From contig NC_068984.1 in the NCBI RefSeq assembly GCF_001194135.2, positions 142,592,358 to 142,656,357 of the forward strand: 64,000 bases of DNA, given 5' to 3'. Made by a program: the position numbers and the translations under genes. The notes under the pieces were generated by a model. It ran no database searches, was not told the DNA's origin, and saw nothing but the letters and a program-made list of their open reading frames with translations. Position 1 is the stretch's first letter; every line of letters starts with the position of its first letter. The DNA is from Octopus bimaculoides (Eukaryota). Below, piece after piece: positions 13,770-25,967 of the stretch.

Positions 13770-13955
13770 CCGCGGATAAAATGATTAACGGCATTTCTAG
13801 CGACTTTACGCTCTGAGCTCAAATGCCACTATGTTCTACTTAGCCTTTCATACTTTCGGGGTCAATAATTTAAGTACAATTTGAACACTGAGATCAATGT
13901 AGTCGACTTAAAAATCCCCCGAAATCACTGCACTTGTGTTTTGTGATTTGAAGAC
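13770..13955 (+). mobile_element. SINE family A, old copy
   Basis: CTGAGCTCAAAT, TTAGCCTTTCATACTTTCGGGGTCAATAA, CACTGAGATCAATGTAGTCGAC. Confidence 0.8.
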
Positions 13956-13970
13956 AATGTTAATCTAGAG

Positions 13971-14290
13971 TGAAGGTGCGTGGTTTAGTAGTTAGGGTGT
14001 TCGGCTCACGATCCTAAAGTCATGAGTTCGATACCCGGCGAATCGTTGTGTCTTTGAGCAAAACACTTTATTTTTCACGTAGCTCCACTCTGTTCAACTG
14101 GCAAAAATAAGTTGTAGCTGTATTTAAAATGGCCAACCTTTTCATATTCTGTGTTATGCAGAATCTCCCCGAGAAGTACGTTAACTGTACGCGTATGTGC
14201 GGAGTGCTCAGCCACTTGCCTGTTAATTTCAAGAGCAGGCTGTTGATCGTATCAACTGGAGCGCTCGTTGTTGTAACCGCCGGAATTCCA
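13971..14290 (+). mobile_element. SINE family C, full length, tRNA-derived head
   Basis: A-box TGGTTTAGTAG, B-box GAGTTCGATACC, CORE-like GTGTCTTTGAGCAAAACACTT. The 3' body is shared with 32443-32790. Confidence 0.8.
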
Positions 14291-14646
14291 GTTATTAATC
14301 TGGAGTTGAAGTTGAAAAGAAACACCTCTAATAAGAGCAACCACAATATCTTATGAATATATATTCAAAACATATATTCCGTAATTCTATTTCGCTCAGT
14401 ATGATTTTCGAATATCATCAGCTGTCTTATGTAGAGATGTTACCTGAGGACGAAGTAAGAAGACACTGATCGAAACGTGGAGTAGAAATTTGTATTGAAA
14501 ATATATAGCCTGGGCATTTGTATGTCTAGACTATATATGTCCACTATTACGGGAATAGTGAATGTCTTTTCTTGTGTGACGAGGGTGGAAGAAAACGGAG
14601 AAGGAAACAATGGATTTAAGGCTTGTCTAGCAGGAAGCGATTAATC

Positions 14647-14712
14647 ATGGTGCTGAATTACCTTTAAAATGGTGGTAAATTACCTTTAAAATGGTGCTGA
14701 ATTACCTTCAAA
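14647..14712 (+). repeat. 22-bp tandem repeat x3 (ATGGTGCTGAATTACCTTTAAA)
   Basis: Units at 14647, 14669 and 14691. Confidence 0.9.
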
Positions 14713-15246
14713 ATAATGATGACATTTTAATACTTGGACCACACGGAATGCTTGCTAATAACATGCTATAATCAGTGGTTTTGGTAAAACGGATGACAGC
14801 TAATGCCTAACAACCGCTAACAGGAACATTCCATCTGAAGTTCTCTGATACCAGGTGCATTCCACCTGAAGTGCTCTGAACACTAATCAACTGAAGAAAG
14901 CTTGGGTCGACCAGAATCTTATGTAGATGGCATTTATCCAGTCTACTACTAAGCTGGTTTACCCGCAAACAGGTGATTATGGAGCGCACTTTTGATTTCT
15001 TGAAAATTAATTTCTTTGTCTATAAGTTTAGAAATTCAAATTATATTTATGATAATAAAATTTCATGTCTGAAAATATAACCAATATCACTTTATACACC
15101 TATCATGCGTTCTTGGGTAAGAAAGTACGCTATGATTGAAATAATTTTGGCTGATGATTCTAGAACACTGGATGCAGGCATTCAGGATCCGTTATATAAA
15201 AGTAATGCATTGACCTCTGTTTATTCCGAAATAATCATTCAGTTTG

Positions 15247-15460
15247 GAAGGTGGTGCGCTGGCAGAGTCGTTAGCGCGCCGGGCGAAATGCTTAGCAGTA
15301 TTTCGTCTGCCGCTACGTTCTGAGTTCAAATTCCGCCAAGGTGGACTTTGGCTGTCATCTTTTCAGAGTCAATAAATTAAGTGCTGGTAGAACACTGGGG
15401 TCGATAAAATTGATTATCTCTCTCCCACAAATTTCAGGCCTTGTGCCTAGAGTACAAGAG
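15247..15460 (+). mobile_element. SINE family A, full copy
   Basis: AAGGTGGTGCGCTGGCAGAGTCGTTAGCGCGCCGGGCGAAATGCTTAGC...GTTCTGAGTTCAAATTCCGCC...GCCTTGTGCCTAGAGTA. Confidence 0.92.
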
Positions 15461-16007
15461 CATCATTCAGTTTCACGTTCATATGAAAAGAGAATTGTTA
15501 TTGTTGTTGTATTTCGTCCTGAAATAGTCGTAAAGGAAAGAAAAAAAAAAGGTTCATATACAGTCACTGTTAGAATTCAGAACTAGAAATATATTTTGCA
15601 TTGTATAAATATGTATTCATTCCTGAATGTTTCAAAGACATACAAAGAACTGTCACCGCATTTTTTAAACGTATATTTTACACATTGCGTTAACAAATAT
15701 ATAAAACACACACAGATATATATATATATGTATATACTAACGGATACAGACACGTACACACTGATATATATATATATATTATATATATATATATGTGTGT
15801 GTGTGTGTATGTGTGTGTGCGTCTATGTATGCATATATGTATGTATGCATGTATGGATGGATGGATGGATGCATCTTTAGTAATTCACACATGCTCATAC
15901 ATGAATATAAGCATGCATATATCTCTCACAAACACGGAAATACATCAAAGCATGATACTTAAATCGATATCAGATTTAGTCATACACACACACACACACA
16001 CACACAG

Positions 16008-16040
<33 letters not shown>

Positions 16041-16999
16041 CGCACATGTGAGTGAGTGTGAGTGCCTGTGTGTTTACGTACATATATGTATTTCTGTGTT
16101 TATGCATATATGTATATATATATGCGCTTGTGCACACACATACATACATATGTACATATATGTCTATACATATACATACATATGTATAAGTACCCTCACA
16201 CTCACACGTGCATGTATGTAAATGCATTCAGGAGTCCATAAACAACGCATATTTAATGCAGAAATAAAATAAAATTAAATCAATAAATGAAAAAAAAAAA
16301 TAATAATGATAAAAGACACGAAACTGTTCATTGAAATGCTCCAGTCTGTCCTGGCACTATTAATGACTGCAAGTCACAGCCACAGTGAAAGTAACGCGCT
16401 AATCACTGTAATCAACTCGTACGATTCATTAAAACAGCCATCTCTTATTTCTATGGCTAACTACCACCTGCCGCTCTTTATTACACTTCTCTCCTAGCTG
16501 CCAATTAAACTCCGCTCCACTCTTTAAATCTTTTTAAACATGCCGTCTTCATTGTTTATTTGCTGGCATATTTATTTTATTACTTTGTGTTTTGTTTTAT
16601 TTTGTTAGTGTTTTAAAAAATCATTTTCTTATTTGTTTGTTTGTTTGTTTCTTTCTTTGTATTCAGAAATTTGTATGAAAAGTTTTAGTTTTAAATTATT
16701 CACAGTTGAAGCATAGAAGTCGCACCTTAACAGAGAAGGAATACAGAGAACGGGGATGGATGTAAAGAAGATTTTCTGGAATTAATGCCTTTCCAAATGA
16801 TTCTAGCTACATATGTTAAAAGTTTGATAGAGATTTGAGCGAGAAGTCATACAAATTTTGAAAAAGAGTCACCGAGAGATAGAGAATCAAAGAACAAATG
16901 TTCTAGAATTATTGTATTTCAACGAGAAATCGACTGCCAGAATCAATATGGACGTGAACGAGGATTCGGTCAATGTTCTCTTTCTTCTTATTTCAAATC

Positions 17000-17080
17000 A
17001 CAACTTGTTTAGCCCAAGGTCAGCTCTGATTGAACTTTCCTATGATCTAAGACATTCCAACCGTGATCATCACGCCTCTT
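17000..17080 (-). mobile_element. Repeat family D 3' fragment
   Basis: TTGTTTAGCCCAAGGTCAGCTCTGATTGAAC..CCTATGATC is the reverse complement of the family D tail. Confidence 0.6.
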
Positions 17081-17304
17081 TCCTATTTGTAAGTTACACA
17101 GGATCGCATTATACAACCTGAGAGTGACTCGAGGATATTTTCACGTTAAACGACCATAGGGAAGCTACTTCGTTGGCGCATGCGTGCTTCACATTGTATG
17201 GTAAGTGTTAAGTAAATTTTGCTGTTATTTCCAGCGAGAAGCAGGACCGGGTGTAGGAGTTTAATGGTGTCGATCGACTAGAGAACTACAGAATTCCGTA
17301 TGGT

Positions 17305-17372
17305 ATTTTTTACCTCCGCCTTAGCGAAGGAGAGGGTATTTTTTTTCAGTCGTGTTTGTTTGTTTGCCTGCT
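17305..17372 (+). mobile_element. Probable 5' end of a DINE-1/HINE-like (Helentron-derived) element
   Basis: T-run, then hairpin TACCTCCGCCTT-agcg-AAGGAGAGGGTA (9 of 12 stem positions pair), then a (GTTT)n/GCCT microsatellite. Confidence 0.5.
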
Positions 17373-18265
17373 TGGCGGTATTTCGCCTTTCTTTACGTTC
17401 TAAGTTCAAATTCCGCCGCGGTCGACTTTTCTTTTCATCCTTTCAGAGTCGATAAATTAAGTACCAGTGAAACACTGGGGTCTATGTAATCTACTTGACC
17501 CCTCCCCAATTCAAATTTGAGGTCTTGTACTTCCATTAGAAAGGAATATTTTACTTTCGTGAGAGGTGATGAGGCGGCAGAACCGTTACTACGCTGGGAG
17601 AAATGCATAGCGGTATTCCGTCTGTCTTTACGTTCTGAGTTCAAATTCCGCCAATGTCGACTTTGCCTTTTATCCTTTCGGAGGTCGATGAATAAAGTAC
17701 CAGTTACGTATGTGAGTCAATGTAACCGTCTAGCCCCCTCCCTCAAAATTTCAGNNNNNNNNNNNNNNNNNNNNNNNNNNNNNNNNNNNNNNNNNNNNNN
17801 NNNNNNNNNNNNNNNNNNNNNNNNNNNNNNNNNNNNNNNNNNNNNNNNNNNNNNNNNNNNNNNNNNNNNNNNNNNNNNNNNNNNNNNNNNNNNNNNNNNN
17901 NNNNNNNNNNNNNNNNNNNNNNNNNNNNNNNNNNNNNNNNNNNNNNNNNNNNNNNNNNNNNNNNNNNNNNNNNNNNNNNNNNNNNNNNNNNNNNNNNNNN
18001 NNNNNNNNNNNNNNNNNNNNNNNNNNNNNNNNNNNNNNNNNNNNNNNNNNNNNNNNNNNNNNNNNNNNNNNNNNNNNNNNNNNNNNNNNNNNNNNNNNNN
18101 NNNNNNNNNNNNNNNNNNNNNNNNNNNNNNNNNNNGATCAAGGTCGATTTTATCTTTCAATCTTTCGACGACGATAAAATAAATGGAAGTTGTACTCATT
18201 TTATCGAGGTCCACGACTACCCATCCCCTCAAAACTGCTGGCGTTATACAAAAATTTGAAATCAC
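17371..18265 (+). mobile_element. SINE family A cluster: 17371-17550 (5' truncated), 17564-17754 (runs into gap), 18136-18265
   Basis: Family core and tail motifs in each copy; N gap at 17755-18135. Confidence 0.85.
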
Positions 18266-18954
18266 CATTCTACCTTTTCCGTCGTCTTTATATACCGATG
18301 CTTCGTTTCATTCTTTGACAATGAAGAACCTAAGTATTAGAATCGATATAAAATCAATTGCAACAGTCATCAGAAATTGTTGGGTTTTTGCCAACATTCG
18401 TAGTCATTAACACTTGTTGTTGTCATGTTGTTGTTGTGGTATTGATAGCAATTTTCCACATTAACACCAAACACACCTGTGACTTTCTCAGGTGTATATA
18501 AAATTGTCGGTCATTTTAGGTCTTTATTTTTATTTCATTACTTTTCAAAAACAAATAAAAATGTAATCTGATCAAATTGTATTGGATATTTAGTCTCTGT
18601 TTTATTAAGCTGATTTTTTTCCAATGTTTTCTTCTTTTTTCCCGATTATCACACTATTTTCAGAACATTTATCTATTTATTTGTTAATTTTATTCCATTT
18701 AGAGTTTTTTATTAGGTTTATTTTTTATTGGTATTATTCGTTTACCAGTGTTATATGAATGCAACGTGTGTAAACGATTCGGAAGGTAAAGTAAAAAGCC
18801 CAAACGGAAACAACAAAGAGTTGCTTCGTTTCGGTTTATACAGCTTTATTTTATACGTCTGTGTACATATATTCAATGTTAAAAAGATAACATACTTGAA
18901 GTTCTACTACTTGGAAACAGAGACTTAAATAGGATATCTTTTAATATATCCGTA

Positions 18955-19715
18955 AATACATAGATGGTGGTTGTCTACTCCTTATGCAGAGTTTAACCAC
19001 CTCTTGTATCTACACCTTAGCACCATCATGGCATCTGATGTGGATTTTTAAACCAGACAATTTTTTGAAAAGACACCCACATAGATTGCATATCCGATTT
19101 AGACCACGAAGAGCTGCAGATAAGTTCTGATGTTTGCGGATCTTAAAATGTATTTTAAGGTCTCCGTTAGATTTGCAAACCTTCTGGCACATACTGCATT
19201 CAAAAGAGTGCACAGACATATAGGCAGGATAGTTGGTGGAGGTTTGTTTTCCATAGGTTTGCAAATGAGATTTGAGCACAGCAAAAGAAAGGCATGGACT
19301 GTCACAAACTGTGCACATAAAAATGTCATTGTAATTCCCCTTCTCGATCGTAACAGTTTTCTTTAAATCTCTCTGGAGTCTTGCATGCGTTATTCTGGCC
19401 TTTTCAAATACTTCCACTCCATTCCACACTTTTGTTCGCCAACCAGTTCAATCCGAAGCAAGGGTTTCTATGTCTTCTGGATCCATTCCAAGTGACTTCA
19501 TTCAAGTCCTTATGCTGTCGTTAAACCTTTTTTAGGTTTACGCCGATAGCGTTTCCCCTCTGCAAGCTCACCATAAAACAGCTGTTTGGGCGTGCGTTCA
19601 TTCGACCAATATGGCCACTCCATCTCATTTGGTTTCTCAGAATCATAGCTTTAATTGAGGTGATGCCTGAAGATGCGAGGACACCTGTGTTTGGAGCAAA
19701 AACACAGTTCAGGTC
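18955..19715 (-). mobile_element. RTE (BovB-like) LINE 3' end, 5'-truncated, with three C-terminal C2H2-type fingers
   Basis: Reads ILRNQMRWSGHIGRM...KQLFYGELAEGKR (RTE hallmark), then ORF 19010-19429 with three CxxC-x12-H-xxx-(H/Y/R) units, a stop and a short 3' UTR. Confidence 0.9.
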
Positions 19716-19960
19716 GCTTTTACATTCATACATACATACATACAACCATACATACATACATGCAAGTGCAGTCTCTGAGTGGAACAGTGAATATATGCAA
19801 GACTTTTCTCAAGTTCCAAATGTGAATTCGTCTCTGTTAACTACGACCTAACGATGGACCTTCGTATCTTTGTTAGAGACCGGCTCCCTTCTCAGTGGGA
19901 TATTTATAATAATAATGAAACAATAGAATAAACACTCATACATAAAATAGCTTCTGCTAA

Positions 19961-20177
19961 ATATTCTTTTCTACTCTAGGCACAAGGCCCGAAATTTTGG
20001 GGGGAGGGGACCAGTCGGTTAGATCGGCCCCAGTACGCAAATGGTACTTAATTTATCGACCCCAAAAGGATGAAAGGCAAAGTCGACCTCGGCGAAATTT
20101 GAACTCAGAACGTAGACAGATGAAACACCACTAAGCACTTCGACCGGCGTGCTAACCCTTCTACCAACCTGCTGCCT
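19961..20177 (-). mobile_element. SINE family A, full young copy
   Basis: Near-consensus reverse complement from the tail TTCTTTTCTACTCTAGGCACAAGGCCCG to the head. Confidence 0.92.
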
Positions 20178-20612
20178 TGCTGCTGTCAAATATTATTATA
20201 CATACATATTTATATATATTGGCTATGTCAAGATGGTTTTTATGGATTCTTCTTTCCCACTTAGATTTTAAATGTTGTCACAACAGTAATATGTCCATCC
20301 TGCTGAAATGAAATTTTCAGTAAATTTTCTATATCCTTGTGCAGCTGAGGATTGCTCTGCATTTTACATTCAATGTAATGTTCGCATTACTTAAATAAAT
20401 GGAGTAGCATGAAACGTGCGTACTGCAATAACCTTTAAAATCCGTGTTGCTGTTTTTGATTTTTGATCACCTTGTTTTTGGAATTGTTTGGATAATTCTA
20501 TACTATATTCTGGTGCCTAAATTTAAGTGCTACATTCAATTTTGAATCTAAATATATATATATGTTATTTACATAAGTATATAGATAAATATGTTTACGC
20601 ATATATATTCAG

Positions 20613-20820
20613 TTATTCTTTTATTCTTTTATTTGTTTCAGGAATTCAATTGCGGCTATGCTGGAGCACAACCTTGAAGAACGTTTAGTCAAACGAATCG
20701 ACCACAGTATTTATTTCTTTTAAAGCATGCTTCTTATTTTATCGGTGTCTTTTGCTGAGCCGCTGAGTTATGGGGACGTAAATAACGTAACACCGGCTGT
20801 CAAGTGGTAGGTGGGAGACA
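20613..20820 (-). mobile_element. SINE family B 3' module
   Basis: TTCTTTTATTTGTTTCAG...GCGGCTATGCTGGAGCAC...CCGCTGAGTTATGGGGACGTAAA is the reverse complement of 58000-58210. Confidence 0.8.
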
Positions 20821-21039
20821 CCGTCTTGTGTCTTCTATTTCTCATCACTTTTGTCAGTTTGTGAAGATATCTATGTACCTGTTGTAAAGATGGAAGTGAA
20901 ATTTTATTGGCCCTGCACCGTGAAAACGTATCTGTGTGTCTCTCACTTAGATATTATATAGAATACTTGTATTTTTCTAAAATGGAAATAATACATTTCT
21001 AAATCTCTTAGAGAGATTTATGCAGTAGCAGCATGATAA

Positions 21040-21309
21040 AGTGATAGAATATTGTCAACTTAATGTGACAGTCCCATGAAAGGGAAGAATGCTACTGTTA
21101 TTTAACCCCAGGAAACTCTGTTTCCTGTTGCAATTGACACAGTTCCTGTGTCCTTATGTTTTCAAAGGTGCTTGTCTCGACCTTGAAAACATAAGGGACA
21201 CAGAAAATGTGTCAAGTGCAAAAGGAAACGGTGCTTCCTAGGGCTAAATAACTGTAGCATTCTTCCCTTTCATGGGACTGTCACATTAAGTTGACAGCAT
21301 ACTATCACT
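21040..21309. mobile_element. Foldback (long inverted repeat) MITE-like element
   Basis: 21053-21095 is the exact reverse complement of the stretch ending at 21296. The arms stay similar almost to a short central loop near 21167-21180. Confidence 0.9.
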
Positions 21310-21849
21310 GGTACATTTCTGTTATGTATACACCAAAATATGTGCGCGTGTAGTGTATATGAATGACTATATATGCTCAGCCCCAAATGTGCCTGTTTGT
21401 GGAGCCCTGATAACATCAGCAAAAACGCAAAGAGCTTTGATGTATGGCTCAGGGTTTATATTTAAACATACTTTGATTTCTTCACTACGATGCTTAATTA
21501 TGCTCATCATTAAACGTATTTGTACATATTTCGATGTTTCTGTTGGCAAAACCTTTAATTCTGCAACTCTCAATTAAATCGCTGCTACTGTTCCATTCCT
21601 GTGACGGAAATAGGATACGCACAAAGCAAAAATTATCACGTGAGTTTTGATTGTTGGCATACATGTCAATGCACGTCTACCCGAATGTTTAAACACACAT
21701 ACATCCCGTCCACACATACATCCCGTCCACACAAACACACACACACACACGCACATATATATATATGTATATATATACTCGTGCACTTCTACATGTAAAT
21801 ATGCATATATACACTCTCACGTGATACAAGTAACATATCCATACATACA

Positions 21850-21891
21850 TCATAAACAGAGACATACAAACGCACAAGAGACAGACAGACA

Positions 21892-21962
<71 letters not shown>

Positions 21963-22740
21963 GTACGAGCATAAATTGGAACAAAGGAAGACAGCTCTTT
22001 GCTCCACAAACGAGAGACGTTACGAGATCAACAGAAACAATAAGAGAATAGAAACAAGACGAGCAACAGCAAGAACAAGAAGAAAAACAACGACAACAAT
22101 ATGTACGGCGACTAGATTAACACCGCCGCCAACGTCGACAACGATGACGAGAACAACAACAGCAGCGATATATACAGCAATAGATTAACAACAATAGCAA
22201 TGACATAAAAAATAATAAATACAAGGATAATATAATAAAAACTACACAGAAAATAACGAAAAGCAATAATTTTTAATAAAGAACATTTTCAAAATTAAAG
22301 GGGGAAAAAACAATCCCCTACCAACAAAACTCCCAAAAATAAATTATCAAAAACCAAAAAAAATAATAATAAGGAAAAACAGTTTGAAATTTGTGTGAAT
22401 GGCAATATTAATAAATATAAAATCATGATTGGTAAGGTGGTATACAGGTGAGGGTGGTGGTGGAGCGACTGGGTGATCATGATCGATTATTTCCGAAGCC
22501 AGTTTTAATTGCATAAGCAGCGCCTCCTGGCGGATTATATTAATCAACGTGGTTACCCACATCTCTCTTCCTCCACACCTCTTTCAGCCCCTCTCTGTCT
22601 CCTTCTCCACACCTTTTTCGCGTCTTTCTCAGCCTCCCTCGCTCATAACGCCTCATAATTTGACTAAAACATTTATTAATGAAAAATGATAACGAGAATA
22701 ATGATAACATTAATAATGATGATGATGATAATAATAATAA

Positions 22741-22800
<60 letters not shown>

Positions 22801-23093
22801 TAATAACTGAAACAACAACGGCATTAATAAAACTATGATAATAATGATAATAAGGACAATATTGATAATATGAGAAAAACAAAGCAAAGAACAACAAACA
22901 AACAAACGGAATTAGTTAAATAAGGAAATGAAAATCGACATCAAAAACTTCAAGAAAAATCAAAATGGCGGAGAAGAAAGTGAAAGTATGAAATAGGTTT
23001 ACGAAATGTAATCAACAGAGTAAATAAATAAATAGAAAAATAAATAAAGATATAAATAAGTAGACAGACAGACAGACAGACAGACAGATAGAT

Positions 23094-23143
<50 letters not shown>

Positions 23144-23171
23144 GTAGATAGGTAGATATATAGATAGATAA

Positions 23172-23237
<66 letters not shown>

Positions 23238-23240
23238 GAT
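21850..23240. repeat. Microsatellite block: (CA)n, (TA)n, (TAA)n, (GACA)n/(GATA)n
   Basis: Direct reading. Confidence 0.9.
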
Positions 23241-23755
23241 TGAAAAAGCTAGCTGACAGACAGTGATTGTTAGGGATGGTTTTAATGAGAACACTTTAAA
23301 TTCGTGAAAAACCAGGTTAAAACACGAATTATTAGATTTTATTCGGAATTGTCTTCTCCAAAATAATAAAATTCTGGAATGTAGTTTCTGCGAGGTTATT
23401 TTTGCTGTTGTCTATATTAATAATGCCTCTGCTGTTTAGTTACAGGCCAAACCTGACGGACCAGGGCAATGTTCAAACGTACCCTCATGGTGGACATTTT
23501 GTGTATTTAAATATCTTCTGTTACATTTTCTATAGGGGTAGCATTGGCTCTTGTTTTTGGCATCTCCAACACATTTCTATACCCTTCCTTGTTGAGTTCC
23601 AGGCGACATTGTCTATCCAAGGGCCGAAATACCTGGTGCGTTAAAATCGAATCAGTATTAAAGCGGAGTAGCAACAAAATCGCCCTACTGTATGGCAAGG
23701 TATCGCTGAGTCATACACGGGAAATTGTGTTGGCCTCGGTCTATGTAAATATATA

Positions 23756-23991
23756 TCGTTGCTATTATGCAAAAGTGCCGTAAGTCCAAAATATTGCTTT
23801 TTCAGAAAACAAAATATTAGTTTCACTGTTCCATAGCAAAACCGTTGTTTTGATAATTTTTGATACATTGGCATTTGAAGCAGCTGGAGGTACGAAAGTT
23901 TGACCAAAGGTACAGCAAAAATAAATATTAAAAAAAAAAAAACGCATTTGGCCAAATTTTGACGTACGGCAGTTTAACATAATAGCAACGA
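23756..23991. mobile_element. 236-bp MITE with about 37-bp TIRs and TA target duplication
   Basis: TA|TCGTTGCTATTATGCAAAAGTGCCGTAAGTCCAAAAT ... ATTTTGACGTACGGCAGTTTAACATAATAGCAACGA|TA. Confidence 0.8.
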
Positions 23992-24483
23992 TATGTGTGT
24001 GTCTCCACTTGTCAGTGTTGGTATTTGTCTGTTTTGTGTATACCAGATTGTATGCATATGTATCCCAGTGGCGACGTGCGCCTGGGTCAGAGTGTGCCAG
24101 TTTGGAGAAAAATGTATAGCATTGGCAAAATAGCCGAAATCGTTGATGTAGGGTGAGCGATTACATTTGGACTGTAAGTTATTATATTCACTGCGATGGT
24201 TAACTAGAATTATCAAAAAACAACCTTCTTGTGAAAAAGATGTGTGCTTGTGAGTGTGTGTATGTATATGTTTGTGTGTGCGTGTATGTATGTATGAGCG
24301 TGTGCATTTGTGTGTGTGTGTGGGGGGGTTAAATACACATATAAAGTACACAAAGAAAATTTGCACTGACGTCGTTGTAAAGAGTATCCTTACTCGTTGT
24401 TAAGAGGAACTCCCATAAAATATTTTTATGGGAATTACTTTTGCATANNNNNNNNNNTGCTTTAACCTGGAAAGCACATTTTA

Positions 24484-24793
24484 ATTTATCGACCCCGAAA
24501 GGACGAAAGGCAAACTCGACGTCGGCGGAAGTTGAACTTAGATCGTAAAAACAGACGAAATACCGCGAAGCATTTCGTATATCTTTTCTACTCTAAGCAC
24601 AAGACCCGAAATTTTCGGGGAGCGGGGCAGACGATTAGATCGACCCCAGTGCGTAACTGGTACTTAATTTATCGACCCCAAAAGGATGAAAGGTAAAGTC
24701 GACCTCGGCGGAATTTGAACTCAGAACGCAGTGGCAGACGAAATACCGCTAAGCAGTTCGCCCGGTGTGCTAACATTTCTGCCAGCTCGCCGC
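24484..24793 (-). mobile_element. SINE family A full copy (24582-24793) inserted at the edge of a truncated family A copy (24484-24577)
   Basis: 24-bp direct repeats (22 of 24 identical) at 24558-24581 and 24795-24818 flank the full copy. Confidence 0.9.
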
Positions 24794-25352
24794 AAAATAC
24801 CGCTAAGCCTTTCGTATAGCAACACACGGATATTCAAAACATAAGCATATTCGTTAGCCCTTTATGTCTAAGTGTTACCCGTCGTAAAATGGTTAACTTT
24901 CTAGAAATACATTTCCTACAATGGGTAATACCAAAGAATATGGCATACATACAGTATTTTATCATATTTGTTGGTAGCTATACAACATAATGGATACTAA
25001 TTTTCAAATGAAAAATATTTATCTTAAAATATAATAAAACATAAATAATTTCTCATTTCTATAAATGCAATGAAAACGTTATTAGTTTTCTGAATTTTAT
25101 TATTTATTACAGAACCGTAATCAACTCCAACGAAAACCTATCCCTCATAATTTCATTAGCATGCGGAATGTTATAAGACATTCTTCTTGTACCTCTTATG
25201 CTAACTTTCTCTGTATCACTCTTTTATCCTCTCTCTGCCTCTCTCTCTCTCTCTCTCCCTCTCTGTATTTCCAATGTAAAGCGTAACTGGAGATACTAGC
25301 CAGCCGAACCATCTGGCCAAGCAACTAAGCAACCAAATCACAATTAAACCAA

Positions 25353-25386
<34 letters not shown>

Positions 25387-25967
25387 NNNNNNNNNNNNNN
25401 NNNNNNNNNNNNNNNNNNNNNNNNNNNNNNNNNNNNNNNNNNNNNNNNNNNNNNNNNNNNNNNNNNNNNNNNNNNNNNNNNNNNNNNNNNNNNNNNNNNN
25501 NNNNNNNNNNNNNNNNNNNNNNNNNNNNNNNNNNNNNNNNNNNNNNNNNNNNNNNNNNNNNNNNNNNNNNNNNNNNNNNNNNNNNNNNNNNNNNNNNNNN
25601 NNNNNNNNNNNNNNNNNNNNNNNNNNNNNNNNNNNNNNNNNNNNNNNNNNNNNNNNNNNNNNNNNNNNNNNNNNNNNNNNNNNNNNNNNNNNNNNNNNNN
25701 NNNNNNNNNNNNNNNNNNNNNNNNNNNNNNNNNNNNNNNNNNNNNNNNNNNNNNNNNNNNNNNNNNNNNNNNNNNNNNNNNNNNNNNNNNNNNNNNNNNN
25801 NNNNNNNNNNNNNNNNNNNNNNNNNNNNNNNNNNNNNNNNNNNNNNNNNNNNNNNNNNNNNNNNNNNNNNNNNNNNNNNNNNNNNNNNNNNNNNNNNNNN
25901 NNNNNNNNNNNNNNNNNNNNNNNNNNNNNNNNNNNNNNNNNNNNNNNNNNNNNNNNNNNNNNNNNNN

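Noticed and set aside
14440-14500. Penelope-like CTGAGGA...CGAAACGT end motif
   Set aside because: Short motif only, with no RT or GIY-YIG remnant nearby.
19010-19429. Host C2H2 zinc-finger gene
   Set aside because: Contiguous with RTE post-RT motifs, lacks TGEKP linkers and has damaged His ligands, so it is part of a LINE.
23507-23698. ORF with THQVFRPLD resembling pogo/DDE_1 QPLD
   Set aside because: Too weak to assign without a profile search.
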